This document shows positions 23,854-32,000 of a stretch of 32,000 nt of DNA, in pieces. Both the position numbers and the translations under genes were made by a program. The stretch's first letter is position 1; every line of letters starts with the position of its first letter. The notes under the pieces are model-generated. The model was not told the origin of the DNA and made no database searches. It was given only the letters and a program-made list of their open reading frames with translations. Source of the DNA: Pyrobaculum calidifontis JCM 11548 (GTDB lineage Archaea > Thermoproteota > Thermoprotei > Thermoproteales > Thermoproteaceae); NCBI RefSeq assembly GCF_000015805.1, contig NC_009073.1:1290001-1322000 (forward strand). Reading direction: 5' to 3'.

Positions 23854-24213
23854 GTGGGCTTCGTCTGCGTCAACGTTGTCGTCCGCGGGGTTAAGTCTTC
23901 AAAAAGTGTCAGGATGCTTGTCGACGCTAGTTCCACTTATATTGTCCTTAGGCCCGACCTCATTCGAGAGCTTGGACATTACGAAACGCCTTACGCGGTT
24001 GAGGTAACTCTCGCCAATGGGAGGAGAGTTAAGACCAGGCTGTTTTTAGCCGAGGTAGAGGTCAAGGGCAGGAGGGGGCCTGCTCTAGTGGCCGAGTTAG
24101 ACACGCCGATACCCCTACTGGGAGTCTACGCGCTTGAGACCCTTGGCTTCAAAGTCAACCCTAGAACTGGAGAGGTGGAGGAGATATCGCCAGAGGGGGG
24201 ATATCTACTTTAA
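23854..24213 (+). CDS. Retropepsin-like (clan AA) aspartic-protease-fold protein with an atypical active-site motif
   Basis: The layout is that of small archaeal clan AA proteases: MGFVCVNVVV..(K/S)VRMLVDASSTYIVLRPDLIRELG.. LLGVYALETLGFKVNPRTGEV. The canonical D(T/S)GA is replaced by DASS. It starts with GTG and lies in the lower-GC islet. Confidence 0.55.
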   Translation: MGFVCVNVVVRGVKSSKSVRMLVDASSTYIVLRPDLIRELGHYETPYAVEVTLANGRRVKTRLFLAEVEVKGRRGPALVAELDTPIPLLGVYALETLGFKVNPRTGEVEEISPEGGYLL

Positions 24214-24244
24214 CTTCTCTAAGCCTTAAAGGAAGTCTCTACCG

Positions 24245-24355
24245 TCAAGAAGGGCTTATTTGGGAGCTAGCGATTTGACTGTGTAATTTTATCGCAACTT
24301 TTCTCGTTACTTGACGCTTTAGAATTGGCATAGTTGTCTCGACCACCTTCTTCAT
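24245..24355 (-). CDS. Possible 36-aa basic micro-ORF (MKKVVETTMPILKRQVTRKVAIKLHSQIASSQISPS)
   Basis: I found it by hand-translating the islet; it is below the track cutoff. It is preceded by the palindromic TTATAA at 24373-24378, which is closer to the ATG than the other TATA boxes in this window. No homology is recognisable. Confidence 0.2.
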   Translation of the reverse strand: MKKVVETTMPILKRQVTRKVAIKLHSQIASSQISPS

Positions 24356-24591
24356 AGTTGCCTATCCTTGGCTTATAAGGCTTTACTCTACCAATCTACG
24401 GCTATTACAACTATGCACTACTCTTTGAATATGTCGTCAAAAGGCTGGCGTGTAATTAACCAGTGCGGAGAAAGCTCTCTTTGCAAGAGAGACGAACGCA
24501 GGCCGGACACCTTTGCCCCTAGTGTGGTGAACTCCGCGCCGACTCAGCCGTCTCCTCGCGTGAACCACGCTGATGGACGACCGTCGATTGA

Positions 24592-25278
24592 TTAAGTGCT
24601 TGCTTCAATTGGCGCCGAGAGCAGTGTGGGCGATGCGCGGAGCTGTGCGGCGGCCGCTAGGTATGGCGCCGGGTCTACCCACACAACCTTGGCCTCGAAG
24701 ACTTCCTCGAAGGCCTCTACGAAGAGGCCTTTGTACTCCTCCAGGGAGATCTCTACGCCCAATTGGTTGAGGGAGGTGATGGCGGAGGGGTGGAGGCCGC
24801 ATGGGTTTATGTGGTAGAAGTAGGAGAGGTCGGTGGAGACGTTTACCGCTACCCCGTGGTAGGCGACGCCGCCCTCCACGGCGATGCCTATGCTCGCCAC
24901 CTTTTTTCCGCCCACCCACACCCCCCTGTGCTTCTCCACTCTCCCCGCCTCTACCCCCAGGGGCCTCAGCGACCTTATCACCGCCTCCTCCAGCATCCAG
25001 AGGTACCTCGACAGGGGCCACCTCAGCTTCACCACGGGGTAGGCCACCAGCTGGCCTGGGCCGTGGTATGTGGCGTCTCCACCCCTCTCCACCACGTAGA
25101 CGAACAACTCCCACTTTACCACGTTGTTAGTCCTGCCGTGCTTGCCCACTGTTATCACGTGGGGGTGTTCCACCAGTATAAACGCGTCGTCGCCCCCCGA
25201 CGCCACCTCCCGGTGGAGAATTTTCATCATGCGCCACGCAGAGACGTAGTCTAGGAGGCCTAGGTCGAGACCCCTCAC
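24592..25278 (-). CDS. lipB: Octanoyl/lipoyl transferase LipB
   Basis: It carries the motifs VEHPHVITVGKHG, RGGDATYHGPGQLVAYPV and GGKKVASIGIAV..GVAYHG. The GTG start overlaps the E3 stop in a GTGA arrangement. Confidence 0.85.
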   Translation of the reverse strand: MRGLDLGLLDYVSAWRMMKILHREVASGGDDAFILVEHPHVITVGKHGRTNNVVKWELFVYVVERGGDATYHGPGQLVAYPVVKLRWPLSRYLWMLEEAVIRSLRPLGVEAGRVEKHRGVWVGGKKVASIGIAVEGGVAYHGVAVNVSTDLSYFYHINPCGLHPSAITSLNQLGVEISLEEYKGLFVEAFEEVFEAKVVWVDPAPYLAAAAQLRASPTLLSAPIEAST

Positions 25279-26606
25279 GGCTTAAGCACGTGAGTAGGCT
25301 TGCCCAGGGCCAGCTCCGCCGCCTCGGCCAACGCCTCTGAGACAGTGGGGTGTGGGTGTATCACCAGGGCGAGGTCCTCCACAGTGGCTGAGAACTCCAC
25401 GGCAAGAGCGGCCTCCGCCGCAATTTCAGACAGGCCGGGCCCCACCCCGTGGAAGCCCAGCACGACGCCTCTCTTCCTGTCGAAGACTAGTTTTACAAAC
25501 CCCTCGGGCCTCCCGCCGGCCACGGCCCTGCCAATGGCCGACATGGGCACTCTCACAGAGGCGGCCTCGTAGCCTGCCCGACGCGCCTCTTCCTCCGTGT
25601 ATCCCACCGACACCACCTCTGGGTCTGTGAATACCACTGAGGGGACGTGGCGCTGGACGTAGAAGGAGCGGCGCCCCGCGGCGTTTTCGGCGGCCACCTT
25701 GCCCTGGGCGTAGGCCTTGTGGGCAAAGTAGGGCGGGCCTGCCACGTCGCCTGCGGCGTATATCTGACCCACCCCCGTCCACATCCTCTCGTCCACCTTG
25801 GCCACGTCGCCCACCCACTTGGCGAAGGGGCCTGGGTTCGGCCTCCTCCCCACGGCGACAACCACGTATTCCACTTCAGCCGCGCCGCCTCTCAAGTGCA
25901 CTTTGACAGAGCGCGGCCCCTCCTCCACCTTCTCCACGGCGGCTGAGGTGTAGACTTTGACCCCCAGCTTCCTCAAGCGGCTCTCCAAGTATGCCCCCAG
26001 GTCCTTGTCCATGGCAGGGAGTAGCCTGTCCATGGCCTCCGCCAAGTGCACCTCTGCGCCTAGCTTGGCGAATAAGACGGCCAACTCCACGCCGGCGGCC
26101 CCGCCGCCCACTATGAAGAGCGACTTGGGCAACTCCTCGAGGGCTAGAGCGCGGCGTGTGTCCAGGACCCTCCTCCCGAAGGGGGCGCCGGGGAGAGGCG
26201 CCGGGAGGCTGCCGGTGGCCAGCACCAGCGAGTCAAACCTCACCTCCCTCTCCCCCACCCTAACCGCCCTCCCGTCGCCGGGCTCCGCCTTGCCCGCCAC
26301 TACCTCTACGCCGTTTGCCGCTAGGAGCTTCTCAATGCCTCCCCTCAGCCTGGCCACTACGGCGTCCTTCGCCCTCTGGGCCTCCCTCCAGTCGAACTCC
26401 ACGCCGCCCCTCGCCCAGGGGCTGTTTTTGACCTCCCAAAAGACGTCGGCCATGTGCAAAAGCGCCTTGGACGGTATGCAGGCCCAGTTTGTGCACTCGC
26501 CTCCCAGGTGCGCCTCTTCCACCAGCGTGACCTCTGCGCCGAGCTGGGCCGCCCTGATCGCCGCGACGTAGCCCGCGGGGCCCCCTCCCACGACCACCAC
26601 CTTCAT
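25275..26606 (-). CDS. lpdA: Dihydrolipoamide dehydrogenase (E3)
   Basis: It has VVVVGGGPAGYVAA, the redox disulfide GGECTNWACIPSK, a second Rossmann fold and a C-terminal HPHPT interface motif. Confidence 0.9.
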   Translation of the reverse strand: MKVVVVGGGPAGYVAAIRAAQLGAEVTLVEEAHLGGECTNWACIPSKALLHMADVFWEVKNSPWARGGVEFDWREAQRAKDAVVARLRGGIEKLLAANGVEVVAGKAEPGDGRAVRVGEREVRFDSLVLATGSLPAPLPGAPFGRRVLDTRRALALEELPKSLFIVGGGAAGVELAVLFAKLGAEVHLAEAMDRLLPAMDKDLGAYLESRLRKLGVKVYTSAAVEKVEEGPRSVKVHLRGGAAEVEYVVVAVGRRPNPGPFAKWVGDVAKVDERMWTGVGQIYAAGDVAGPPYFAHKAYAQGKVAAENAAGRRSFYVQRHVPSVVFTDPEVVSVGYTEEEARRAGYEAASVRVPMSAIGRAVAGGRPEGFVKLVFDRKRGVVLGFHGVGPGLSEIAAEAALAVEFSATVEDLALVIHPHPTVSEALAEAAELALGKPTHVLKP

Positions 26607-27778
26607 AGGTTTAGCACCAGGAGGTCGGGGGACTCGAGGAGCTCCTTAAACGCGTTGGTGAACCTGGCCACGTAGCCCCCGTCGACCACCCTGTGGTCGA
26701 AGCTCACCGCCACGTACATCACGTCCCTGGGCACCACCTGCCCCTCGTACACCCTGGGCCTTTTCACAATTCTCCCCGTGGCCAATATGGCGGTCTCGGG
26801 GTAGTTCACCACTGCCAGGCCCCAGAGCCCGCCGATGGCGCCTATGTTGGTTATGGTAAAGGTGGAGTCCCTCACGTCGTCAAGGGAGAGCTTCCCCTCC
26901 CTGGCCCGCGCGCTCTTCTCCTGGAGCTCCCTTGCCACCTCCAGTATGGACTTAGAGTCTGCGTCTTTGATCACAACCACGACGAGCCCGTTCTCTGTGT
27001 CCACGGCGACGCCTATGTTGAAGTACTTCTTCACCACTATCTCGCCCCGCTCTTCGTCGAAAGACGCGTTGAGGAGGGGGTACTTCTTCAAGGCGGCCAC
27101 GGCGGCTTTCACAAAGAAAGGCGTGTAGGTGAGCCTCACATCCCCAGCGTAGGCCTTGAGCCTCTCCCTCAGCTTGACCAACTCTGTCACATCCACCTCG
27201 TCCACGTGGTAGGCGTGGGGTATCTGAGACTTGGACTTCTTCATCTTCTCGGCCACGGCCCTCCTGACACCCCTCACGGGGATCCTCTCCTCCCGCAGAG
27301 GCTGGGCAGGCCTCTCCTCAGCCGGCGGCGCAGGCGCAGCGGGCTTCGCCTCCGCAACGCCGACCTCCCGCTTCGCCGCCTCCGCGGCCCTCCTCACGTC
27401 CTCCACAGTGATAACCCCGCCCGGCCCAGTTCCCACCACTTTGGACAAGTCCAACCCAAGCTCCTTGGCCAACCGCCTCGCGGCGGGCATAGCCCTAACC
27501 TCTGGCCGCGCCTCGGCCTTAGCCTCAACGGGGGCGCCGGGGGCCGCCTCCTCAATTATGCACAAGACCTGGCCCACCTTCACCACCCCCCCCTCCTTGG
27601 CCAAGATTTTCACAATCCTCCCCGTGGCGGGGGAGGGCAGAGTCACAGTGGCCTTCTCAGTCATGACGTCCACGAGGTCCTCCCCCTCTTTGACGAAGTC
27701 GCCCTCCCGCTTGTGCCACTTCACCACCTCCCCCTCCACCAGCCCCTCGCCCAAGTCGGGGAACTTGAACTCAATCAT
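26603..27778 (-). CDS. Dihydrolipoamide acyltransferase (E2) of a 2-oxoacid dehydrogenase complex
   Basis: It has a lipoyl domain ([14 protein letters not shown]), a peripheral-subunit-binding domain ([33 protein letters not shown]) and the catalytic motif SFDHRVVDG. Confidence 0.9.
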   Translation of the reverse strand: MIEFKFPDLGEGLVEGEVVKWHKREGDFVKEGEDLVDVMTEKATVTLPSPATGRIVKILAKEGGVVKVGQVLCIIEEAAPGAPVEAKAEARPEVRAMPAARRLAKELGLDLSKVVGTGPGGVITVEDVRRAAEAAKREVGVAEAKPAAPAPPAEERPAQPLREERIPVRGVRRAVAEKMKKSKSQIPHAYHVDEVDVTELVKLRERLKAYAGDVRLTYTPFFVKAAVAALKKYPLLNASFDEERGEIVVKKYFNIGVAVDTENGLVVVVIKDADSKSILEVARELQEKSARAREGKLSLDDVRDSTFTITNIGAIGGLWGLAVVNYPETAILATGRIVKRPRVYEGQVVPRDVMYVAVSFDHRVVDGGYVARFTNAFKELLESPDLLVLNL

Positions 27779-28742
27779 AGCCCATCAGCTCCTCGACGGC
27801 GGCCAGTATTTTCTCCACGGTGGGCATGTACAACTCGTCGTGGGCCACTGGGCTTTGGTGGACGTTGGGCCCGGCGACTCTCCTAATGGGGACTCTCAAG
27901 TAGTCGATGGCCTTCTCGGCCACCGTGGCCGCGATCTCTGCCCCAAAGCCGGCGAACTTAGGCGCCTCGTGCACAATCAAGACCCTCCCAGTCTTCTTGA
28001 CGCTCTTCAACACGGCCTCCGCGTCCCAGGGGACCAGCGTTCTGAGGTCTATCACCTCCACAGAGGCCCTGGCCCTCTTGGCCGCCTCCACGGCCCTGTG
28101 CACCATTGAGCCGTACGTCACCACAGTGACGTCGTCGCCCTCAGCCACCACCCTCGCCTTGCCCAAGGGGACAGTGTAGTCCCCCTCGGGCACCTCCTCC
28201 CTCGGCGCGCGGTAGAGGAGCTTTGGCTCTAGAAAAACCACGGGGTCGTTTCCCCTGATGGCCGACTTGAGGAGGCCCTTGGCGTCGTAGGGGGTGGAGG
28301 GCACCACCACCTTGAGGCCCAGGGCGTGGGCGAAGTGTGCCTCGGGGCTTTGGCTGTGGTAGAGCCCGCTCTTTACGCCGGCGCCGTAGGGGCTCCTCAC
28401 GACCACGGGGGCCGCGTAGTTGCCGCCCGACCTGTATCTGAGCTTGGCGAGGTGGTTGATGAGCTCGTCTGCCCCGAGCCAGATGAAGTCCACGAACTGT
28501 ATCTCAGCCACGGGCCTAAGCCCCGCCATGGCCATGCCCATGGCAAAGCCTATAATCCCCCCTTCGCTGAGGGGCGTGTCTATTACCCTACTGGGGCCAA
28601 ACCTCTCGTACAGCCCCTCGGTGACTAAGAAGACCCCGCCCCGCTTCCCCACGTCCTCCCCCAGCACCACCACGGAGGAGTCCCTCTCCATCTCCTCGTG
28701 GAGAGCGGCGTTGATGGCCTTGGCCATGTTCAAGACCGGCAT
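27771..28742 (-). CDS. 2-oxoacid dehydrogenase E1 component, beta subunit
   Basis: The N-terminus [30 protein letters not shown] is typical of E1-beta, and a transketolase-like C-terminal domain follows. ATG 28742 lies 2 nt after the E1-alpha stop; the alternative start is ATG 28763. Confidence 0.9.
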   Translation of the reverse strand: MPVLNMAKAINAALHEEMERDSSVVVLGEDVGKRGGVFLVTEGLYERFGPSRVIDTPLSEGGIIGFAMGMAMAGLRPVAEIQFVDFIWLGADELINHLAKLRYRSGGNYAAPVVVRSPYGAGVKSGLYHSQSPEAHFAHALGLKVVVPSTPYDAKGLLKSAIRGNDPVVFLEPKLLYRAPREEVPEGDYTVPLGKARVVAEGDDVTVVTYGSMVHRAVEAAKRARASVEVIDLRTLVPWDAEAVLKSVKKTGRVLIVHEAPKFAGFGAEIAATVAEKAIDYLRVPIRRVAGPNVHQSPVAHDELYMPTVEKILAAVEELMGYD

Positions 28743-28744
28743 GG

Positions 28745-29854
28745 CTAATCCCTGGTTATCCACACCTCCTCCTCGAACATGTCGGTGTACAGCTCCTCAG
28801 GGGGGACGTCGGGCAGAGATTCGGCCTGCTTAGCCGCCGACTTAACCCTCTCCTCGGCCTCCTGCCAAATGGACTTCACCTCGCCCTCGCTCAACAGTCC
28901 GTTTCTGAGCAAGAACTTCTCCAGCCTAGCCACGGGGTCCCTCGACTTGGCCTCCTCCACCTCTGCCCTATCCCTGTACTTGGTCTGTGGATCGTCTGCC
29001 GTGGTGTGCGGGCCAAATCTGTAGGTGACCAACTCCACAAGGACTGGGCCATTGGACCTGGCGTACTCCACGGCGAACTTCGCCGCCTTCAGCGTGGCCA
29101 AGAGGTCCATGCCATCTGCGGCGATGCCCAACACGCCGAAGCCCGCCGCCCTTGTGGCCAGGCGCTTGGTCTTGGACTGACGCGACGATGGGACAGATAT
29201 GGCGTATCCATTGTTGTAGATATATATGGCCACGGGCAGAGAGAAGACGGAGCTGAATATGAGCGAGGAGTAGAAGCCGTTGGTAGAGGTCCCCCCGTCT
29301 CCCACGTAGGCGGCCACCACCTCTCTCCCCCCGCGGTACCTTAGCCCATAGGCGAAGCCCGCGGCCGCTATTAGGTGGTGGCCGATGGGCGCGCCGAAGG
29401 AGAGCAGGCGCCACTGTCTAAACCCTCCCCACTCCACCGACAGATTCCTGCCCTTGTCCGGGTCGCCCAGCTTTGCCATGAACTTGGCCCAGAGAACCTC
29501 CAGCGGAACTCCCCTCACCAGGAGTAGGGTCAAGTTCCTATAGTAGGGGGCAATCCAGTCCTCGGGGCGGAGGGCCATGGCCGTGCCCACGTCAGCCGCC
29601 TCGTGCCCCTCGTGAGGGGCGTAGGTGGACTTCACCTTTCCCATCCTGTGGTATAGCAGGGCGTATTTGTCCAAGGCCCTCCCCAGCACCATGTACTTGT
29701 ACGCAGAGACGAGCTCCTCCCACGATGGCTTGTACCCCACGCCGTAGTTCTCCTCCACCACGTCTCCGTCGGGCTTCAAGACGGTGAAGACCTCAGGCTC
29801 CCTAGCCTCGACCATGTATCTGGCGGGAAATTCTTTACCAACTTCTACTTCCAC
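28745..29854 (-). CDS. 2-oxoacid dehydrogenase E1 component, alpha subunit (TPP-binding)
   Basis: It carries the TPP motif [36 protein letters not shown]. The GTG start has a well-spaced TATA box. Confidence 0.9.
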   Translation of the reverse strand: MEVEVGKEFPARYMVEAREPEVFTVLKPDGDVVEENYGVGYKPSWEELVSAYKYMVLGRALDKYALLYHRMGKVKSTYAPHEGHEAADVGTAMALRPEDWIAPYYRNLTLLLVRGVPLEVLWAKFMAKLGDPDKGRNLSVEWGGFRQWRLLSFGAPIGHHLIAAAGFAYGLRYRGGREVVAAYVGDGGTSTNGFYSSLIFSSVFSLPVAIYIYNNGYAISVPSSRQSKTKRLATRAAGFGVLGIAADGMDLLATLKAAKFAVEYARSNGPVLVELVTYRFGPHTTADDPQTKYRDRAEVEEAKSRDPVARLEKFLLRNGLLSEGEVKSIWQEAEERVKSAAKQAESLPDVPPEELYTDMFEEEVWITRD

Positions 29855-29871
29855 AGAAAAAGTTTGATTCC

Positions 29872-29881
29872 AATATAAAAA
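29872..29881 (-). promoter_or_regulatory. TATA box (minus-strand TTTTTATATT) for the E1alpha-E1beta-E2-E3-lipB operon
   Basis: It lies 27 bp upstream of GTG 29854, in the 46-bp AT-rich gap after lipA. Confidence 0.55.
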
Positions 29882-29900
29882 TGTTCGCTTATTTACAATT

Positions 29901-30776
29901 TTATCGTCCTATAGTTTTTCTCAACATCTCTAAATAGGCCTCGTGAGCCTTGTAGGAGCTTCTGACAAGCGGCCCAGCCACCACGGCCTTAAACCCCATG
30001 GCCTCGGCTGCCTCCCTATATTTCTCAAACTCCTCAGGCGGCACCCACCTCTGCACCTCTAGAAACCTCTTGTGCCCCCGGGGCTTGAGGTACTGGCCAA
30101 TGGTGACTATGTCCACGTCCACCCGCCTCAAGTCGCTCAAGGCCTCTAACACCTCGTCAAAGGTCTCCCCAAGCCCCACCATTAGGCCAGACTTGGTGAC
30201 CGCGCCCAGCTCCTTCGCCATCTTCAACACGCGAAGCGAGACGTCGTAGGAGGCCCTCCTGTCTCTAACAAGCGGAGTCAAGCGGCGCACAGTCTCCAAG
30301 TTGTGGGCATAGACGTCGGGCCCCGCCTCTACCACAGACGCCACAGCCTCCGCACTCCCCCCAAAGTCCGGGGTCAACACCTCCACCTTGGCCCAGGGGG
30401 CCCTGGCCTTGACCGCCTTGACCACACTGGCGAACTGGGAGGCGCCTCCGTCGGGGAGGTCATCTCTATCCACCGAGGTTATCACCACGTACCTAAGGCC
30501 GAGCTTCGCCACGGCTTCCGCCACCCTCGCCGGCTCAGTCGGGTCTACGAAGCCCCTGGGGTCACCCGTCTTAACTGCGCAGAATTTGCACGCCCTAGTA
30601 CACACGTCGCCCAGGATGAGAAAGGTCGCAGTGCCCTCCCCCCAGCAGGAAAATATGTTGGGGCAGTGCGCCTCCTCGCAGATGGTGTGAACCCCCGCCG
30701 CGAAGACGGCCTCTCTCACCGCGACGATCCTCCCGTAGTCGCCCGCCTTAACCCTAATCCAGCTAGGCAACTCCAC
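29901..30776 (-). CDS. lipA: Lipoyl synthase LipA (radical SAM)
   Basis: It has the auxiliary-cluster motif CEEAHCPNIFSC and the radical-SAM motif CTRACKFC. I place the start at GTG 30776 (M-ELPSWIRVKAG, compare E. coli KPEWMKIKLP). The 77-aa ORF extension overlaps the upstream permease gene. Confidence 0.85.
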   Translation of the reverse strand: MELPSWIRVKAGDYGRIVAVREAVFAAGVHTICEEAHCPNIFSCWGEGTATFLILGDVCTRACKFCAVKTGDPRGFVDPTEPARVAEAVAKLGLRYVVITSVDRDDLPDGGASQFASVVKAVKARAPWAKVEVLTPDFGGSAEAVASVVEAGPDVYAHNLETVRRLTPLVRDRRASYDVSLRVLKMAKELGAVTKSGLMVGLGETFDEVLEALSDLRRVDVDIVTIGQYLKPRGHKRFLEVQRWVPPEEFEKYREAAEAMGFKAVVAGPLVRSSYKAHEAYLEMLRKTIGR

Positions 30777-30796
30777 GTAGAAACTTCGATATGGAT

Positions 30797-31969
30797 TTAT
30801 GGACTCTCCTGCGCCCTGTGGAGCAACCGCCTGTAGACCAAGGCGCCTACTGCGTACAGCGCCAGCCCCGCGGCAACCCCCGGAGCCGCCTGGGAGAGGG
30901 CCTCCAGAGGCCCGTAGCCGTATAGGAACATGGCCCTCACCCCGTTGATGCACCACGAGAGCGGCAGAGCCATTGGGACAATGCGGAGCCACTCGGGTAT
31001 CATCCACTGGGGGACGGCGAGCCCTCCCAGGAACATGAGCGGGAAAGCTACGCCGTTTGCCATGGCGGCGGCCGCCTCGGGGGTCCTGGCTAGGGGCGCC
31101 AAGAGGAGGCCTATCCCTATGGTGGACAGCAGGCCCGCGGCCAGTAGAAGCGCGGCGGCGCCCGCCTGGCCCGGCGAAATGGCGCCGTAGTCTGCGCCGA
31201 GGGCGTACCCCACCGCCAGCACAGCCGCGGCCGAGATTCCCACGGCCACCGCCGCGGCGAGCGTGTCGCCGAGGAATATGTGGTAGCTCCTCATTGGGCT
31301 AGAGAGGAGGAGGGCAAGCGTCCTATCACGCCGCCGCTCTATCACGATGTTGACCCCGGTGAACAGCCCTATGAAGAGCGTCTGCACGCCGATGACGCTA
31401 ACCACGTGGAAGAGCGCTAACCCGCCTGGGCCCAGCTTGGGCTCCACGGGGGCCTCGCGGAGGGCGATGGGCTGCGCCACAAATTCCACGTATGGGCGAA
31501 ACGGGGCCGGCGTGAAGTTGACGGCGTATTTGGCGACTGAGGCGCTAAACTCCTCCACTACCCCATACACCACCCCCCTCGCCACTCCGCCCCAGTTGGG
31601 GTCGGCGTAGTAGTACAAGTAGGCCACGGCCCTCCTCGCCTGTGTCAAGTTCGCAGTGAAGCCAGCGGGCACCACCAGCACTACGTCGTATGTGCCATTG
31701 GCCACAAGCCCCGCCACGTCGCCCGCCTGGGCCAGGCGCACCTTAGCCACCCCCGTGGAGTTGAGGGCCTCCAAGAGGGCGGAGGCGAGGGGACCACCAT
31801 CTAAGTCCACCGCCGCCACGTTTAGGCTGACGCTCTGCTGGGGCGACCCAAAGATCAGTATGAACACTGCGACGAGGAGTGCGGGGAATACTACCACCCA
31901 GAAGAGAGTCTCCCGGTACCTCCAGAGCCCCTTTAGAAATAGGTAGGTCTCCGCCAGCACTTGGCTCAT
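30797..31969 (-). CDS. ABC-2 type exporter permease
   Basis: It has an N-terminal TM, a large extracytoplasmic loop and five C-terminal TMs, which is the ABC-2 architecture. The ATG overlaps the upstream stop in an ATGA arrangement. Confidence 0.7.
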   Translation of the reverse strand: MSQVLAETYLFLKGLWRYRETLFWVVVFPALLVAVFILIFGSPQQSVSLNVAAVDLDGGPLASALLEALNSTGVAKVRLAQAGDVAGLVANGTYDVVLVVPAGFTANLTQARRAVAYLYYYADPNWGGVARGVVYGVVEEFSASVAKYAVNFTPAPFRPYVEFVAQPIALREAPVEPKLGPGGLALFHVVSVIGVQTLFIGLFTGVNIVIERRRDRTLALLLSSPMRSYHIFLGDTLAAAVAVGISAAAVLAVGYALGADYGAISPGQAGAAALLLAAGLLSTIGIGLLLAPLARTPEAAAAMANGVAFPLMFLGGLAVPQWMIPEWLRIVPMALPLSWCINGVRAMFLYGYGPLEALSQAAPGVAAGLALYAVGALVYRRLLHRAQESP

Positions 31970-32000
31970 AGCCTCCTCCCCGTCAGTGCGAAGAACACCT
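31966..32000 (-). CDS. 3' end of the cognate ABC-2 ATPase (partial, ..VFFALTGRRL*)
   Basis: The frame is open to the window edge. The C-terminal pattern VF.aLTG is typical of ABC-2/CcmA-type ATPases. It is coupled to the permease by an ATGA overlap. Confidence 0.45.
   Translation of the reverse strand, partial: VFFALTGRRL

Noticed and set aside
24368-24595. A 75-aa ORF with a TTG start, downstream of the protease gene.
   Set aside because: It has no promoter, an odd composition and no motifs. It probably lies in the non-coding 3' region of lipB on the opposite strand.
24560-24600. A C-box-like GCTGATGG near the lipB 3' end, together with other GTGATGA/ATGATGA words inside coding regions (for example 10089, 17705, and the minus strand at 10720-10732 and 25225-25235), as candidate C/D-box sRNAs.
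   Set aside because: None is followed by a CTGA D or D' box at the required spacing, and none has terminal complementary ends. Most lie in frame within conserved coding sequence.
26693-27886. A 397-aa plus-strand ORF, with a second 292-aa ORF at 27231-28109, running antisense to the E2 and E1-beta genes.
   Set aside because: These are shadow ORFs typical of high-GC DNA. Their translations are low-complexity and rich in H, P, G and R, with no motifs. The opposite strand encodes strongly conserved E2 and E1-beta sequences.
30777-31007. A 77-aa N-terminal extension of the LipA ORF (MDDTRVAPHCPNG..).
   Set aside because: It overlaps the well-supported ABC-2 permease gene in another frame and has no LipA homology. 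LipA homology begins at ELPSWIRVKAG, right after GTG 30776.
1-32000. A search by eye for tRNA T-loop signatures (GGTTCGAATCC-like), rRNA, CRISPR repeat-spacer periodicity, and transposase, integrase or terminal inverted repeats.
   Set aside because: I recognised none of these. This is only a visual scan, so tRNAscan-SE, Infernal and a CRISPR finder would be needed to exclude them formally.

Overview
This is a high-GC, tightly packed archaeal chromosome segment. By inference it comes from a hyperthermophilic crenarchaeon of the Thermoproteales (Pyrobaculum/Thermoproteus-like). Most transcription units have an A/T-rich TATA box about 22-30 bp upstream of the start codon, which fits leaderless mRNAs. 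Operon-internal genes overlap by ATGA/GTGA, and several convergent genes share their stop codons.

Contents, left to right:
- a membrane-anchored long coiled-coil protein
- a Zn/Mn-type ABC importer (ATPase plus permease, with no binding protein)
- an eIF-2B-like protein, a SWIM zinc-finger protein and a LysX/RimK ATP-grasp ligase
- two tandem paralogous small membrane proteins
- a minus-strand operon: aldehyde dehydrogenase, AMP-forming acyl-CoA synthetase, a frameshifted YdiF-like CoA-transferase, a polyferredoxin and a small coupled ORF
- a divergently transcribed fumarate-reductase-like flavoprotein, a truncated 2Fe-2S subunit and a CoA-disulfide-reductase/NADH-oxidase-like flavoprotein
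- a Zn alcohol dehydrogenase and an archaeal-type PEP carboxylase
- three paralogous stand-alone CBS-pair proteins and 4-hydroxybutyryl-CoA dehydratase
- a WtpABC/ModABC-like oxyanion importer
- a roughly 1.2 kb lower-GC islet holding a retropepsin-like protein
- a complete lipA / E1alpha-E1beta-E2-E3 / lipB 2-oxoacid dehydrogenase module
- an ABC-2 exporter

The block 8.7-21 kb matches the gene set of the dicarboxylate/4-hydroxybutyrate CO2-fixation cycle of Thermoproteales. The most interesting unexplained items are:
1. an AT-rich motif (ATAATTTAGATAA-like) recurring in every promoter region of that block;
2. the atypical three-gene soluble fumarate-reductase module;
3. the CBS-protein triad wired into the cluster by translational coupling;
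4. two 1-nt G-run frame disruptions, in the CoA-transferase and at the LysX start.

I recognised no rRNA, tRNA, CRISPR array, transposase or integrase.
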